From positions 64,001 to 104,125 of the IMG/VR virus record IMGVR_UViG_3300027734_000050: a DNA stretch of 40,125 nt. One strand, 5' to 3'. Made by a program: the position numbers and the translations under genes. Shown piece after piece: positions 39,925 to 40,125 of the stretch. The notes below the pieces were generated by a model, which did not search any database, was not told the origin of the DNA, and worked only from the letters and a program-made list of their open reading frames with translations. Position 1 is the stretch's first letter. Every line of letters starts with the position of its first letter. The DNA comes from a virus (lineage: Duplodnaviria > Heunggongvirae > Uroviricota > Caudoviricetes).

Positions 39925-40125
39925 CTCTGTGTTGAGTGACATGACTCAACCCCATTGAGGAACGGTGCGATACCCGGTCTGGACTTGGGCGTCAAAGGCA
40001 ATTGCTAACTTAAGGCAACAAATGGTTGGGGCTCTGTGAAACAGATACAACCCCTGCTTATAGGACTTGGATCTTGATCGGGTTACTAGGGTTCCGTTGA
40101 TATGTGAAGCTTGAGTAGGGGGTAC
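39925..40125 (+). ncRNA. Candidate large structured non-coding RNA (truncated by window end; strand inferred)
   Basis: No ORF; GC-richer than the preceding gene. Helices found by hand: GTTGAGT/ACTCAAC (39931-37/39944-50), CCCGG/TTGGG (39973-77/39985-89), TTGCT/GGCAA (40002-06/40014-18), TCTGT/ACAGA (40033-37/40041-45), CCCCTGCTTA/TGAGTAGGGG (40051-60/40112-21). G-U wobbles in three of these favour the + strand. Confidence 0.6.

Noticed and set aside
39957-40061. RNase P RNA-like words (GAGGAA...; ACAACCCCTGCTTAT)
   Set aside because: The P4 partner strand is missing, and CCCCTGCTTA pairs instead with 40112-40121. The resemblance is superficial pending a CM search.
1-40125. Alternative genetic code (stop-codon reassignment as in some large phages)
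   Set aside because: Standard code gives dense, full-length genes, and TAA, TAG and TGA all terminate recognisable proteins at expected ends.

Overview
This 40 kb window comes from a large T4-related (jumbo-type) myovirus genome and has two divergent blocks. The minus strand (1-30950) is a virion baseplate/tail operon. In transcription order it encodes a cupin, a tube-initiator/gp48-54-like protein with a long low-complexity N-terminus, a gp53/LysM-like protein, a hub-like protein present as two ORFs, a gp5-like spike (OB fold plus beta-helix, no lysozyme), an Ala/Gly-rich protein with a probable degenerate lysozyme-like domain, gp25, gp6, a 4790-aa multidomain wedge/fibre protein, a 48-aa micro-ORF missing from the ORF track, a tail-collar-like protein, a fibre with an autocleaving chaperone domain and two paralogous fibre-like proteins. 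The plus strand (31047-40125) carries late sigma factor gp55 and gp47/gp46 (Mre11/Rad50-like) with three AT-rich accessory genes between them. These are followed by two tandem radical SAM/SPASM genes, a GIY-YIG nuclease, a P-loop/sulfotransferase-like gene and a highly base-paired non-coding stretch cut by the window end. The best candidates for undescribed biology are the structured RNA near the basic-loop GIY-YIG nuclease, the dispersed rSAM + sulfotransferase-like + methyltransferase-like enzyme set, and apparently leaderless transcripts from a variant late promoter (GGTAAATA). All family assignments are motif recognition by eye; no searches were run. No tRNA, rRNA or CRISPR array was seen.
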